Below are positions 51,378-62,622 of a stretch of DNA of 64,000 bases, piece after piece. The notes below the pieces were generated by a model, which saw only the letters and a list, made by a program, of their open reading frames with translations, searched no databases and had not been told where the DNA came from. A program made the translations under genes and the position numbers. This DNA comes from an uncultured Bacillus sp. (GTDB lineage Bacteria; Bacillota; Bacilli; ZCTH02-B2): NCBI GenBank assembly GCA_947085265.1, contig CAMTVR010000012.1, positions 486,025-550,024 of the forward strand. Direction: 5' to 3'. Within the stretch, counting starts at the first letter, position 1. Each line of letters begins with the position of its first letter.

Positions 51378-52508
51378 CTATTTTTCCAGCAGATCCACCA
51401 CTTGCAACACATCATCGACGATATAATCCGCACCCAGTTTCTCAAAAGAGTCTCTGGCCGCCTTTCCTGACAAACCCGTCAATGTCGCACAGAAACGGCA
51501 ACCAATCGCTCTCGCGGCCATCAGGTCAGCGATGGAATCTCCGACAACTAATAAATGATCTCCTTCCGGAATCGGTAACGGCAACAAAAACACCGCCTCA
51601 TCCGGAGTCTGTTTTCCCAACCACCCTTTCAAATAGGTGAAGGGTTGCGGCTTGGCCAGCGGCGCGCGCTCCGGAAATCGGCGTTCTGTTTCCAACACAT
51701 CACTGGCAGTGACGATCCGGTCTTGGTCAAAATATTGCAAGATGCCCAACGCCGCAAGCGGCTCCATCGTCTCCACGGTCGGCCGTCCTGTCCCGATACC
51801 TAATTCAATTCCCATTTCTCGCAAGCGGGAAAAAAACGCGCGCATTTTCTCAGGTGGTACAATCGGGATCTCGTCATGCAAGAAACCTCGCTTGCCAGCT
51901 TGCTTTGGATTCATCCCTGTTGATGCTCTGAACTTTTCCTCGCCCAGATACCATTCCTGGAACGCCTCCTGACAAAGATCCCACAACGGCGAGTGGCGGG
52001 AAAAAACGTCACAGCGCATCCCCAACCGTTCTTCCGCGATGCGGTTGAGATCCAAAAGCAAAGCCTGTTTTTCCGCCGTGCCCTTGGAGAAATCAGCGAC
52101 AAAACCGTCCCATTGGGGAGAAAAGCTCACCTGCCAAGCGCGACAGGAGGCCAGTGATTCTGAGGTCAGGGGCTGGGACAACAAGTCCGCCACCTGTTCC
52201 CGGTAACTTGGTTGAGCTGCTTCCAGAAAACGAATCAGTTGATAGCTGAAAACCAGATATACCATATCCCAGTTCGCATTAATCCCGCGTTCCTTGATGA
52301 AGTCAAGCACTTTGTCTCCATCAAACACGGTTTTCCGCAATAAGCGAATCACTGGTTCTTCCGGATCGGGGTGAAACATCGGTGTCACATGCTGACCAAG
52401 GTATAACGAGCTGCCCAACAATTCCCATACGGTTAAAGCAGAGGCATCAAAATACCGCTCTTCACTCAAAAGCACCCCGTCCACATCAAACAAAATGGTC
52501 CGGAACAA
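51378..52508 (-). CDS. HAD family hydrolase
   Basis: [22 protein letters not shown]. Confidence 0.9.
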   Translation of the reverse strand: MFRTILFDVDGVLLSEERYFDASALTVWELLGSSLYLGQHVTPMFHPDPEEPVIRLLRKTVFDGDKVLDFIKERGINANWDMVYLVFSYQLIRFLEAAQPSYREQVADLLSQPLTSESLASCRAWQVSFSPQWDGFVADFSKGTAEKQALLLDLNRIAEERLGMRCDVFSRHSPLWDLCQEAFQEWYLGEEKFRASTGMNPKQAGKRGFLHDEIPIVPPEKMRAFFSRLREMGIELGIGTGRPTVETMEPLAALGILQYFDQDRIVTASDVLETERRFPERAPLAKPQPFTYLKGWLGKQTPDEAVFLLPLPIPEGDHLLVVGDSIADLMAARAIGCRFCATLTGLSGKAARDSFEKLGADYIVDDVLQVVDLLEK

Positions 52509-52627
52509 TCCTTTTCCTCCTTACTTAGACGCCACATCATGAACATCATTTTCTCACGTATCCATACGAATTGAACATATCATATACGGCCTGAAAAAGA
52601 CAACATGTAGACTTAGAAGAGAATAGA

Positions 52628-52659
52628 AAAAGGGAACCTGCGTGCGCAGATTCCCTTTT
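52628..52659 (-). terminator. sodA terminator
   Basis: AAAAGGGAA.CTGCG/CGCAG.TTCCCTTTT hairpin. Confidence 0.75.
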
Positions 52660-52697
52660 CGGCAATCATCTGTTCACCGATATCTGAAGTTGGACGA

Positions 52698-53312
52698 TTA
52701 GGATTTGGCTTTCGCGAAACGCTCATTGACCGCGTTCCAGTTTACCACGTTCCACCATGCGGCAATGTAATCCGGACGCTTGTTCTGGTACTTCAGGTAG
52801 TAGGCATGCTCCCACACGTCCAGGCCGAGAATAGGGGTTTTGCCCTCCATCAGCGGGTTATCCTGATTGGGAGTGCTCATGATCGCCAGCTTTCCACCAT
52901 CCAACACCAGCCAGGCCCAGCCGCTTCCAAAACGCCCAGTTGCCGCCTTGGTAAATTCCTCTTTAAACTTTTCAAAGCTACCGAACGTCTTGTTGATCTC
53001 ATCTGCCAGTGCTCCTGTGGGCGCACCGCCTCCCTGGGGACTCATAATTTCCCAAAAAAGGGAATGGTTTGCATGTCCGCCGCCATTGTTGCGCACTGCC
53101 GTGCGAATCGACTCCGGAATGCTGTTTAGATCGCTGATCAGTTCTTCAATGGACTTTTGCTGCAGCTCTGGATGCCCCTCCAAAGCCGCATTCAAGTTAT
53201 TGACATAAGTCGCGTGGTGCCGGCCATGGTGAATTTCCATCGTCCGCGCATCGATGTGCGGCTCCAGTGCGTCAAAGGCATACGGCAATGCAGGAAGTTC
53301 GTGTTTTGCCAT
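52698..53312 (-). CDS. sodA: Mn/Fe superoxide dismutase
   Basis: [29 protein letters not shown]. Confidence 0.97.
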   Translation of the reverse strand: MAKHELPALPYAFDALEPHIDARTMEIHHGRHHATYVNNLNAALEGHPELQQKSIEELISDLNSIPESIRTAVRNNGGGHANHSLFWEIMSPQGGGAPTGALADEINKTFGSFEKFKEEFTKAATGRFGSGWAWLVLDGGKLAIMSTPNQDNPLMEGKTPILGLDVWEHAYYLKYQNKRPDYIAAWWNVVNWNAVNERFAKAKS

Positions 53313-53513
53313 CTTCCATACCTCCTCTGTTTTTTGGAAGGACCTCTTCCTAACAATAATCCTCACAGGGAGCGCTTTTCTCGATAAAAGCCATCCCCTG
53401 GCATCTATTCTCTCATCTGGGGAATCAATCCATACTCCCCACCTTTTTCATTATGGACGAAAAACGAAATTAAATCAACAAATATGTTGTGTTACTTAGA
53501 AGTAGGGTGCATT

Positions 53514-54173
53514 TTAAGCGTCCAGCATCTTCATGATGCGCTCAACATATTGTTGCGTCTCACGAAATGGGGGAATTCCGCCATACCGATCCACGTTGCC
53601 CATGCCAGCATTGTACGCCGCCAGTGCCAGCCTCACATTGCCGCCATAACGGTCCAATAATTGTTTCAGGTATCGGGTGCCCGCGTCAATATTTTGCACG
53701 GGATCGAAAGGGTTCGTCACGCCAAGAGAGGCGGCCGTTTTTGGCATCAGTTGCATCAGTCCCTGGGCTCCCGCGGGTGATATCGCCCACGGGTTGAATC
53801 CGGACTCCTGCCGGATCACCGCCTCGATCAGGCGAGCAGATACGTCATACCTTTTGGATGCGTCTGCAATGATCCCAGAAAAAGCGGATGGTGCTGTCAG
53901 ATTCTCGCCGGGAACCGCTGAGACGGGCACATTCTCAAGCAGGCTTCTCATTTCAAGCCAATCTGCCGCCGACAATCCTGGTATAGGTAAAAAAGCGTTT
54001 CTGCCGGGAATCAGCGTGTTAGCATTCTTTTCTTCCACAAGATGTGCAGACAGCTGCTTGATCAATAAAGTTTGAAACTGAGCCAGGTTGTACATGGAAG
54101 TGGGTGTCAGTGCTCCCGACTGTGACACGCCAACAGGCGAAAACCACCCTTCCAACCGGTTGATCCCTTCCAT
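53514..54173 (-). CDS. lytic transglycosylase (SLT domain, YjbJ-like)
   Basis: [29 protein letters not shown]. Confidence 0.92.
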   Translation of the reverse strand: MEGINRLEGWFSPVGVSQSGALTPTSMYNLAQFQTLLIKQLSAHLVEEKNANTLIPGRNAFLPIPGLSAADWLEMRSLLENVPVSAVPGENLTAPSAFSGIIADASKRYDVSARLIEAVIRQESGFNPWAISPAGAQGLMQLMPKTAASLGVTNPFDPVQNIDAGTRYLKQLLDRYGGNVRLALAAYNAGMGNVDRYGGIPPFRETQQYVERIMKMLDA

Positions 54174-54385
54174 ACCAATACCTTCCTTAATATCATGATT
54201 TTCCCTCTATCTCCATCTTACCCAACTATCATGCTTTTGCAACTGCTGACATAATCCTTCTGACAGGATCAAGCTCATTTTCAAGCATGAAAAAGCGGCC
54301 CAAATATAAGTAGGCCGCCGAACTCTGACAGGATCAAGCTTATTTTTAAGGCGGATGGCGTGGTAGGTTGATCGTGCTGGCCCCA

Positions 54386-56008
54386 TCACGTGGCAGATTG
54401 ATAGTGCTGGCTGAATTGTTCGCGCAACCCACGCTTTAAGAATTTGCCAACACTGGTTTTGGGTATCTCCTCCAAAAAGACCACGTCGTCCGGAATCCAC
54501 CATTTGGCAAACTGCGGCCGCAGGAAATCCAGCAGCTCCTCCTTGCTCGCCTTTCCTTCATAGCCAGGTTTCAAGACGACACAGGCAAGCGGCCGCTCAT
54601 GCCACTTGGGATGAGGCACCGCGATTACCGCCGCCTCAAGGACGGCCGGATGAGCCATAAGGGCGTTTTCCAGGTCGACCGAGGAGATCCACTCCCCGCC
54701 GCTTTTCACCAAATCCTTGGTCCGGTCCACCAGACGGATATACCCTTCCTCGTCAATGGTAGCCACATCGCCGGTATGCAGCCAGCCGTCGACAAAGGTA
54801 TCCTTCGTGCGCTCATCTTGATAATACTCGCTGGCGATCCAGTTTCCTCGCAGGTAAATTTCACCCATCTCTTTTCCGTTCCAGGCGACATCGCCGTTTT
54901 CGCCCACAACGCGAATTTCAAGGCCAGGCACGAGGATGCCCTGCGTCGCCCGGATATTGAGGCGCTCCTCAACCGACAGTTCCTCCTGATAGCTCTTCAG
55001 CCGGGCAACGGTGGCCAGCGGAGAGGTTTCTGTCATCCCGTAGGCATGCATCATCATCACGTTATATTTCTCCTCAAATGTCCGGATGAGTGACTTGGGG
55101 GCAGCCGATCCTCCGCATAACGCGATCTTCAGATGGGAAATGTCGTAGTTTCCTTTTTCCAGTTCCTGCAATATCCCGATCCAGATGGTCGGCACGCCGG
55201 CCGAAATCGTTACTTTCTCATCTTGAATGAGCTGGACAATATCTTTCGGGGTTGGCCCGACGCCCGGATAGACTTGCTTTGTGCCGAACATTGTCGCGGC
55301 AAACGGCATCCCCCAGGCGTTGGCGTGGAACATCGGCACAATCGGAAAAATGGTGTCGCGCTCAGACAATCCCACCGTGTCAGCCAAACCGACGGTCAGG
55401 CTGTGCAAATAGATGGCCCGGTGGGTGTAAACAACGCCTTTGGGATTGCCGGTGGTGGCGGAAGTGTAGCACATCCCCATCGGATCGTTTTCATCGATGT
55501 CATCCGGGAAACGGTAATTAGGATCGGCTTCCGCCAACAGATTCTCATAATGGTAAGCAGGACGGAGCGCGGTCGCAGGCAGTTCATCCTTGTCTGTCAT
55601 GATGATAAAGCCTTTTACCGTCTTGAGCTGATCCTGAATCCCCTCAATGAGCGGCACCAAGGACTCATCCACCAGGAGTAGCTGATCTTCGGCATGATTG
55701 AGAATATAAACGATATGTTCCCCCGACAACCGGATGTTCACCGTATGCAGGACGGCCCCCATGCAAGGGATGGCAAAGTAGGCTTCCAGATGACGGTAAT
55801 GGTTCCAGGCAAAGGTGGCCACTCTCTCGCCTTTTTTGATCCCCAGGCGCTGCAAGGCGCTCGCCAAGCGGACCGTCCGCTGGTAAAAATCACGATACGT
55901 GTAGCGAAACAGCCCGTTTTCCGTGCGGGTGACAATTTCTTTTTTCGGAAAGAAACGATTGGCCCTCTCCAGTATGGAACGCATCGTCAAAGGAACGACC
56001 ATCATCAT
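54386..56008 (-). CDS. fatty-acid--CoA ligase (AlkK-like)
   Basis: YTSATTGNPKG, PMFHANAWG, YGMTE, KSGGEWISS, TSVGK. Confidence 0.92.
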   Translation of the reverse strand: MMMVVPLTMRSILERANRFFPKKEIVTRTENGLFRYTYRDFYQRTVRLASALQRLGIKKGERVATFAWNHYRHLEAYFAIPCMGAVLHTVNIRLSGEHIVYILNHAEDQLLLVDESLVPLIEGIQDQLKTVKGFIIMTDKDELPATALRPAYHYENLLAEADPNYRFPDDIDENDPMGMCYTSATTGNPKGVVYTHRAIYLHSLTVGLADTVGLSERDTIFPIVPMFHANAWGMPFAATMFGTKQVYPGVGPTPKDIVQLIQDEKVTISAGVPTIWIGILQELEKGNYDISHLKIALCGGSAAPKSLIRTFEEKYNVMMMHAYGMTETSPLATVARLKSYQEELSVEERLNIRATQGILVPGLEIRVVGENGDVAWNGKEMGEIYLRGNWIASEYYQDERTKDTFVDGWLHTGDVATIDEEGYIRLVDRTKDLVKSGGEWISSVDLENALMAHPAVLEAAVIAVPHPKWHERPLACVVLKPGYEGKASKEELLDFLRPQFAKWWIPDDVVFLEEIPKTSVGKFLKRGLREQFSQHYQSAT

Positions 56009-56077
56009 TCGGCGCCTCTGCGGCTTCCCTCCTTCGGATGATTTTTTCTTCCACCTTTTTCTTCATGTCTTCTTCTT

Positions 56078-57616
56078 TTATATGGATGTATCCTGTTGAA
56101 CGGCATTCTTGTAAGTCTCGCGCAACTGATATTTCAAAACCTTTCCTGACGCATTTCGCGGCAGCTGCTCAACAAAGACAATCTTTCGCGGTATTTTATA
56201 ACCCGCAAGGGATTTCCGGCAAAATTCTTGCAACTCATCCACATTGATCCCTTGGCCCGGTTTGGGGACAATCACCGCAGTAACCATTTCCCCCCAGACC
56301 GGATGCGGCAGTCCAATCACAGCCGCCTCCAACACTTGCGGATGGGCATACAACACTTGTTCCACCTCTGTGGAATACACGTTCTCCCCGCCGGAAATGA
56401 TCATGTCTTTCTTCCGGTCGACCAATGTGAGATAGCCGTCTTCATCCAGGACCGCCAGATCTCCGGTGTACAGCCAGCCGTCGCGGATGGTCTCTGACGT
56501 GGCTTGGGGATTCTTGTAATACCCTTTCATCACCGTCTCTCCGCGAATGATCATCTCCCCAACCACACCTGGCGGCACATCGTTTCCGGCATCATCCACC
56601 ACACGCACTTCCGTGTTGATGACCGGAATGCCGCCTGCGCCCAGTTTGTCCAGATGCCGTTCCGGCGGCAGGTAAACCCCCCCTGGACCCGCCTCCGTCA
56701 AACCGCACAAATTGTAGAATTGGTCGGTCTTAAACATCTCCATGCTTTGCTTGACCACCTCTGGCGCCATCGGTGCCGCACCGTAGGCACAACGTTGCAC
56801 CGAAGACAGGTCAAATGTCCCTGCGGGTACCTGAAGCATATACGAATACATCGTCGGCACCCCGAAAAAGAGGGTGATTTTTTCCTCCTGGATGGTTTTC
56901 ATCACTTCCACCGGATGAAATTCGCGTATCACCACATGGGTGGCTCCCACAAATGTTCCGGATACCAGAAAGAGGTTCAATTGCGCGCTGTGGAACAGCG
57001 GCGCCACATGCAACAACCGGTCTCGCGGATTGACACTCATGCTGGCGATGATATTCATCCCCACATACAGAATCCGGTGATGGTCAAACAGCGCCCCTTT
57101 CGGGCGGCCGGTCGTCCCCGAGGTGTACAGGATCTCACAGTTATCCGATTCCTCTACTTCCACCTCTGGCTCTGCCGCCGACTCGTCCAGCAGGCTGGTC
57201 CATGGCAGGCTTCCCTCCGGCGTCTGATCACTGACGACATAGACTGACCGAACAGCCGGAACCTCCCTTGCCGCCGTTAGAACCGTTTCCGCCAGCGCTC
57301 CATCGGCAATCGCCAGAATGCTGTCGGAATGATCCAGAATGTACCGGATTTCGGGTGCCGTGAGGCGGAAGTTGATGGGCACGACGACCCCACCCGCCTT
57401 GAGAATCGCATAATAACTGATCACAAAATGATCGGAATTGGTCATCACGAGGGAGATTTTGTCCCCTTTCCGGATTCCGAGTTTCAGCAAACCGTTGGCC
57501 AGACGGTTTACCTGTTCGTTCAGTTGCCGGTAAGTGTACCGCCGTCCCTCGCAGGCCAGGGCCTCGTGATCAGGAATCCTGATGGCATTGATTGAAAGCG
57601 TTTTCCCAATGTTCAC
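56078..57616 (-). CDS. acyl-CoA synthetase
   Basis: YTSGTTGRPKG, CGLTE, TGD, NASGK. Confidence 0.92.
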   Translation of the reverse strand: MNIGKTLSINAIRIPDHEALACEGRRYTYRQLNEQVNRLANGLLKLGIRKGDKISLVMTNSDHFVISYYAILKAGGVVVPINFRLTAPEIRYILDHSDSILAIADGALAETVLTAAREVPAVRSVYVVSDQTPEGSLPWTSLLDESAAEPEVEVEESDNCEILYTSGTTGRPKGALFDHHRILYVGMNIIASMSVNPRDRLLHVAPLFHSAQLNLFLVSGTFVGATHVVIREFHPVEVMKTIQEEKITLFFGVPTMYSYMLQVPAGTFDLSSVQRCAYGAAPMAPEVVKQSMEMFKTDQFYNLCGLTEAGPGGVYLPPERHLDKLGAGGIPVINTEVRVVDDAGNDVPPGVVGEMIIRGETVMKGYYKNPQATSETIRDGWLYTGDLAVLDEDGYLTLVDRKKDMIISGGENVYSTEVEQVLYAHPQVLEAAVIGLPHPVWGEMVTAVIVPKPGQGINVDELQEFCRKSLAGYKIPRKIVFVEQLPRNASGKVLKYQLRETYKNAVQQDTSI

Positions 57617-57739
57617 TGCTGACACCTCCATGAATATCGCTGTAAGAAATCGCCCGCCCAAAAGGATAGCGCTTTCACAATGATTATCATACAATGTTCG
57701 GATTGTAATTTAAAGATCCATTTTTCACAAAATAATAAT

Positions 57740-59314
57740 TTAGAGTGTTTTTTTACTTGCTTCATATTGCTGCTTCAGGACCGACTTCTGCACCTTTCCA
57801 GCCGGAGTCAACGGCAGCTCATTCACAATGACAAACTCCCTCGGCACTTTGTAATCGGCCAGGTGTTTCCGGCAAAACGCAGTCAATTCCTCTTCCGTCA
57901 CCTCGCACCCCGGCCTGGGCAGGATATAAAACCTTCCCACCTCTCCAAACACCGGATCCGGAATGCCGATTCCGGCGGCAATGGCCACTTTCGGATGGGT
58001 TGTCAGGAGATTCTCAATCTCAGCGGGATAGACGTTGAATCCCCCTTGAATGTACATCTCTTTTTTGCGGCCTTTCAGGTAGATGTATCCTTCTTCATCA
58101 AGATAGGCCAAATCACCGGTGTACAGCCAGCCATCCGCTGAAAACGCCTCTTTCGTCTCTGCCTCCAAACCGTCATACCCTTTGACCACGCAATCTCCCT
58201 TGATGGCCAACTCTCCGATCTCGCCTAACGGCAACTCCTTCTTCCCTGTTCCGACCACCTTCACCTGGAAATCACCGATCATCACCCCAATGCTTTGGGC
58301 CACCTTTTCCGGTGTGTCATCCAGACGGGACAACACACATGCCCCTGATGTTTCACTGGCACCATACAGATTGACCAACTTCGCACCGGGAAATCGTTCC
58401 ACGATCAATCGACACAACTGCGGTTCGACGTTGGAACCGCCGGCGACACATAGGCGGACCGAAGAAACATCGTACTCACTGAACCGGGGTACGTTGAACA
58501 TCATCACAAACATGGTCGGAACGCCGCCCAAGATCGTGATCCGGTGCCTCTCAACGGCCTCCAGAACCAGATCGGGACGAAAATGAGGAATCAGGACGAC
58601 AGCACTGTTGCTGACGAGCGCCACCATCACCGCACAGGTAATCCCCCCGACATGGTTAAGGGGCAGATGGGCTGCACTGATATCCTCTTCCGTGATCTGA
58701 AGGTGTTCCGCTTGCGCCCTGGCGGAAGCCAGGATGCTTTTGTGCGTCAGCATCGCTCCCTTAGGTCGGCCTGTGGTGCCCGAAGTGTAAATGATGATGA
58801 TCGTATCATCTTCGGCCACCTCCTGGCCGGCACGCGCCAGGAGGTCGGTACGCGCGTCGGATGCCAGTAATTCCTTAAATGATAAACTTCCGGGAAACCC
58901 TTCACCGATAAAGACAAATCGTTCCACTCTCGGGATTTTCTCTCGAAAGGCATAGAAAAATTCACGAAAATTGAACTCCGGTGTTTCATCCACACTGATC
59001 AGCAGCTTGACCTCTGACTGATTGAGCATGTATTCCAGTTCCGTCTCACGATAGCGAACATTTAAGGCTACCACTGCGGCGCCAATCTTGGCCGCGGCAA
59101 AAAAGGTGATCAACCACTCCGGTTGATTCAGAGCAAGAATTGCGATCTTGTCCCCTTTTTGTATTCCTTGTTCCATCAACGCAGATGCCAGGTGATCCGA
59201 GAGTTCATCCAGATCTCTGTAGCTGAACTTCTGATTCTTGTAATAAAAAAAGGGTTTATCGGGAGACCGACGGACGGCTTCCCGCAACGCTTCGATGACA
59301 GTATGCTGCTTCAT
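57740..59314 (-). CDS. acyl-CoA synthetase
   Basis: YTSGTTGRPKG, YGASE, GGFNVYPAE, TPAGK. Confidence 0.92.
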   Translation of the reverse strand: MKQHTVIEALREAVRRSPDKPFFYYKNQKFSYRDLDELSDHLASALMEQGIQKGDKIAILALNQPEWLITFFAAAKIGAAVVALNVRYRETELEYMLNQSEVKLLISVDETPEFNFREFFYAFREKIPRVERFVFIGEGFPGSLSFKELLASDARTDLLARAGQEVAEDDTIIIIYTSGTTGRPKGAMLTHKSILASARAQAEHLQITEEDISAAHLPLNHVGGITCAVMVALVSNSAVVLIPHFRPDLVLEAVERHRITILGGVPTMFVMMFNVPRFSEYDVSSVRLCVAGGSNVEPQLCRLIVERFPGAKLVNLYGASETSGACVLSRLDDTPEKVAQSIGVMIGDFQVKVVGTGKKELPLGEIGELAIKGDCVVKGYDGLEAETKEAFSADGWLYTGDLAYLDEEGYIYLKGRKKEMYIQGGFNVYPAEIENLLTTHPKVAIAAGIGIPDPVFGEVGRFYILPRPGCEVTEEELTAFCRKHLADYKVPREFVIVNELPLTPAGKVQKSVLKQQYEASKKTL

Positions 59315-59354
59315 CGCTTCCGTCACCTCCATCCGAGCGTGGTTTTTGGATGAT

Positions 59355-60929
59355 TCAGACAGATTCCTGCGCATAGAAATCACGGTACGAGTCTCGCAAC
59401 ACGTGTTTTTGGATTTTCCCCGTGGTGGTCATCGGGAACTGTTCGATAATTTGAACCGCTTTCGGCACTTCAAAGCCCCCCAAATGCTCCTTGCAGAATT
59501 GGATCAGTTCTTCCTCGCTCGCCTCAGTGCCGGGCTTGAGGGTGACAAATGCGGTGACCGCCTCAGACCATCGAGGATGGGGCAGGCCGACCGCAGCCGC
59601 ATTGGCCACCGCTGGATGGCTGAGCAAAACCTGTTCCACCTTGATCGAGGGGACATTCTCACCGCCGGTTTTGATCATGTCTTTCTTCCGATCGACAAAT
59701 AGAAGCTGCCCATCGGCATCAAACATCCCCAGATCACCCGTGTGATGCCAACCGTACAGGCGGCTCTCGGCTGTGGCTTCCGGATTTTTGTAGTATCCTT
59801 CCATCACATTGGGGCCGCGGTGGATGATTTCTCCGACCTGTCCGGGCGGGAGCAAGTTTCCTTCCTCATCCATGATCGCCGTGTCATTGATGATTGAAGG
59901 GCTTCCCCAGTAAGATCCGAAACGGCGCAACTGCTCTTCCGGCTTGAAAAACGTGGTGCCCGGATACATCTCCGTCTGTCCGCTTCCCAATGCAAAATTG
60001 GGGCACAGTTCCGCAATCGCGCGCCGCAAGGTGTTCTCGTCCATAGGTGCCATCGCATAAAGGCAAAATTTCAGACTGGACAAATCGTAGTTCGCACGTT
60101 CCGGATGATCCAGCAGCACGCGGTACATCATCGGCAAGGCAAACACCCACGCGATCTTTTCCCGTTCGATATTCGCCATCAGCGCCACCGGATCAAAGCC
60201 GCGAAGGATCACGTTGGTCGCGCCAATGTGAAGAAACGAGGTGAGCATGCTGTGTTGCGCACAGTGAAAAAGGGGCATCATCGCTGTCGCGACATCGTCC
60301 GGTCGCAGGTTCATTTCGATAATATTCCCTAATGACGCAATATAGACGGCAAGATGGCTCTGCATCACGCCTTTCGGCCGTCCGGTGGTCCCGCTGGTGT
60401 ACATGATCTGCGCCACGTCCCGTTCCGCGATTTCCAAGAGAGGTTCTTCCGTCGGCTGACCCGCTAAAGCGCTTTCAATAATTGGCAGACCATCCTCAGA
60501 CGGCAGACCCGCATAGGGGAGGATCACCATGTCGTCCACGGTCTCCATCAGCAGATTCCGCAGGGAAGGGTTGGCGAATAATTGATCATCCACGATCACC
60601 AACCGGGCTTCAGAATGGGCAAGAATATACTGGATATCCGCAGGAGCAAGCCCCGGGTTGATGGGGACCCACACCATCCCCGCCTTATGGATTCCGAACA
60701 TTGCGACAACAAAGTCTGCAGAATTTTGACAGATGGTCGCAATCTTGTCCCCCTTCCGAAATCCCCTGCTGAGCAGATAGTGGGCAAATTGGTTGCATTG
60801 CCGCTCCAATTCTTGAAAGGTCATTCTCCGCTTTCCATCCACGATGGCTGTTTTGCTGGGATACCTCCTCGCGCTGCGACGGATAATGTCGCCAATGGCA
60901 ACCCGTTTTATCAACGTCACGGAATTCAC
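59355..60929 (-). CDS. acyl-CoA synthetase
   Basis: YTSGTTGRPKG, SGQTE, WHHTGD, TTTGK. Confidence 0.92.
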   Translation of the reverse strand: MNSVTLIKRVAIGDIIRRSARRYPSKTAIVDGKRRMTFQELERQCNQFAHYLLSRGFRKGDKIATICQNSADFVVAMFGIHKAGMVWVPINPGLAPADIQYILAHSEARLVIVDDQLFANPSLRNLLMETVDDMVILPYAGLPSEDGLPIIESALAGQPTEEPLLEIAERDVAQIMYTSGTTGRPKGVMQSHLAVYIASLGNIIEMNLRPDDVATAMMPLFHCAQHSMLTSFLHIGATNVILRGFDPVALMANIEREKIAWVFALPMMYRVLLDHPERANYDLSSLKFCLYAMAPMDENTLRRAIAELCPNFALGSGQTEMYPGTTFFKPEEQLRRFGSYWGSPSIINDTAIMDEEGNLLPPGQVGEIIHRGPNVMEGYYKNPEATAESRLYGWHHTGDLGMFDADGQLLFVDRKKDMIKTGGENVPSIKVEQVLLSHPAVANAAAVGLPHPRWSEAVTAFVTLKPGTEASEEELIQFCKEHLGGFEVPKAVQIIEQFPMTTTGKIQKHVLRDSYRDFYAQESV

Positions 60930-61038
60930 AACAATCCCTCCTCATTACAGGATAGAATTCATAGTCATATTATAATATATTTTATAAATATCTCAAAGTA
61001 TTTTCTCCTACTAATTTTTATAATTTTTTTCGGGGTTC

Positions 61039-61329
61039 ATTGTAAAATTAAATGCAACAAAAGAAATAAACAAAAGCCATGGGAATTCCGTTATGATTAA
61101 GAGGAAATCGCAAAGATCGCTTAACCGGAAACTGGTGATGGAAGGACACGAACGACGGTTTGACATGGGACCCCTGCGGGCATGACTTTTTGTGATTGGG
61201 CGATAGTGGTAAGGCACATCGCATGGCTAATCAGCCTATCATGCCCGCCATCCCATATAAAGCCTACAAAAGGCTATAATGGTTATCACATAATGGAATC
61301 CGTGGTTTAGTTGCATTTAATATTTCAAT
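61039..61329. mobile_element. miniature inverted-repeat element, IS30-like ends, no transposase
   Basis: ATTGTAAAATTAAATGCAAC (61039-61058) versus reverse complement of 61310-61329 ATTGAAATATTAAATGCAAC, 18/20 identical. Confidence 0.6.
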
Positions 61330-61440
61330 TTAAGATTATTTTTTTCAAAAAATAAGGCTCATCCTGACTGCTGTGTTAGATAGATGCGCCCAACTTCCAA
61401 ATGATCAATTCTCGTGGTCACTGTCTCCCGCAATCTTTGC

Positions 61441-62598
61441 TCACAGGTCTCCGGCAATACCCAATCGCTTTACCAGGATCTCATTCATGATCTGGGTTGT
61501 TCCGCCGCCAATCGACTGGATACGGGCATCCCGCCAGTACCGTTGAACCGGATACTCCATCATGTATCCGTTCCCGCCGTGAATTTGCAGGGCCATATCC
61601 GTCACACGGCTGACCATCTCGCCGGCGTAAGCTTTGGCCATCGTCGTCTCGATCACCGCGTCTTCCCCTTGCGCGTATTTATAAAGGGCGTAATAGGTCA
61701 AGTGACGCGCTTTTTCCAAATCGACCGCCATATCCACCATTTTGTGCCGAAGAACCTGAAACTGGCTGAGCTTCCGCCCAAATTGTGCTCGCTCCTGGCT
61801 GTAGCGGATCGCATCTTCAAGTGCCTTTTCCGCAAGGGCCACACTGGATAGGGCAAGCCAAATGCGCTCCCATTGGAAGTTATTCATGATATAGTAGAAG
61901 CCCTGGTTCTCTTCACCGAGCAGGTTTTCTGCCGGCACACGCACATCTTCAAAAACCAGCTCTGCCGTATCCGATGACCGCCAACCCAGCTTCCTCAGGC
62001 TCTTTCCAACTCGAAACCCCTGCCACTTGCTCTCGACGATAAACAGACTGATGCCGCGGTACCCGCGTGATGGATCGGTTTTCGCCGCGACGCACACGTA
62101 ATCGGCATGGACACCGTTGGTGATGAACATTTTGCTGCCGTTGAGAATATAGTGGTCTCCTTCTTTTCTGGCTGTTGTGGCAATGGCGGCCACATCGGAT
62201 CCCGTATTGGGTTCGGTGATGCCAAGCGCGGCGATCATCTTGCCCCGAATCGCCGGTTCCAAGTACTTGCGTTTCTGCTGCTCGTTGCCGTATTTCCAGA
62301 CAGGCGTCATGGCAATATTGGCATGTGCGCCGATGGCCGCAGCCACGCCACCTGCGCCGCACTTGGAAAGTTCCTCAATAAAGACCGCCTCTGTGACGAG
62401 ATCTGCCCCCGCTCCCCCATACTCCTTCGGAAACTTCAGGCCCAGGTATCCCAATTCACCGCATCGCCGGAAAAGCTGGCGCGGCACCTCGCCGGCGCGT
62501 TCCCATTCTTCAACATGCGGCAGGATCTCTTTTTCCACAAATTTCTGGACACTTTTCCGAAACATCTGATGCTCTTCCGTAAAAATCCAGTGAGACAC
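61441..62598 (-). CDS. acyl-CoA dehydrogenase
   Basis: GITEPNTGSD, GSKMFITNG, RAQFG, QIHGGNG, IGGGT. Confidence 0.95.
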   Translation of the reverse strand: MSHWIFTEEHQMFRKSVQKFVEKEILPHVEEWERAGEVPRQLFRRCGELGYLGLKFPKEYGGAGADLVTEAVFIEELSKCGAGGVAAAIGAHANIAMTPVWKYGNEQQKRKYLEPAIRGKMIAALGITEPNTGSDVAAIATTARKEGDHYILNGSKMFITNGVHADYVCVAAKTDPSRGYRGISLFIVESKWQGFRVGKSLRKLGWRSSDTAELVFEDVRVPAENLLGEENQGFYYIMNNFQWERIWLALSSVALAEKALEDAIRYSQERAQFGRKLSQFQVLRHKMVDMAVDLEKARHLTYYALYKYAQGEDAVIETTMAKAYAGEMVSRVTDMALQIHGGNGYMMEYPVQRYWRDARIQSIGGGTTQIMNEILVKRLGIAGDL

Positions 62599-62622
62599 CT
62601 ACATCCCCCCTTTCAACCAGCC

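Noticed and set aside
53514-54173. Lytic transglycosylase as a phage or conjugation marker
   Set aside because: No integrase, structural or transfer genes nearby; fits a chromosomal YjbJ-like gene
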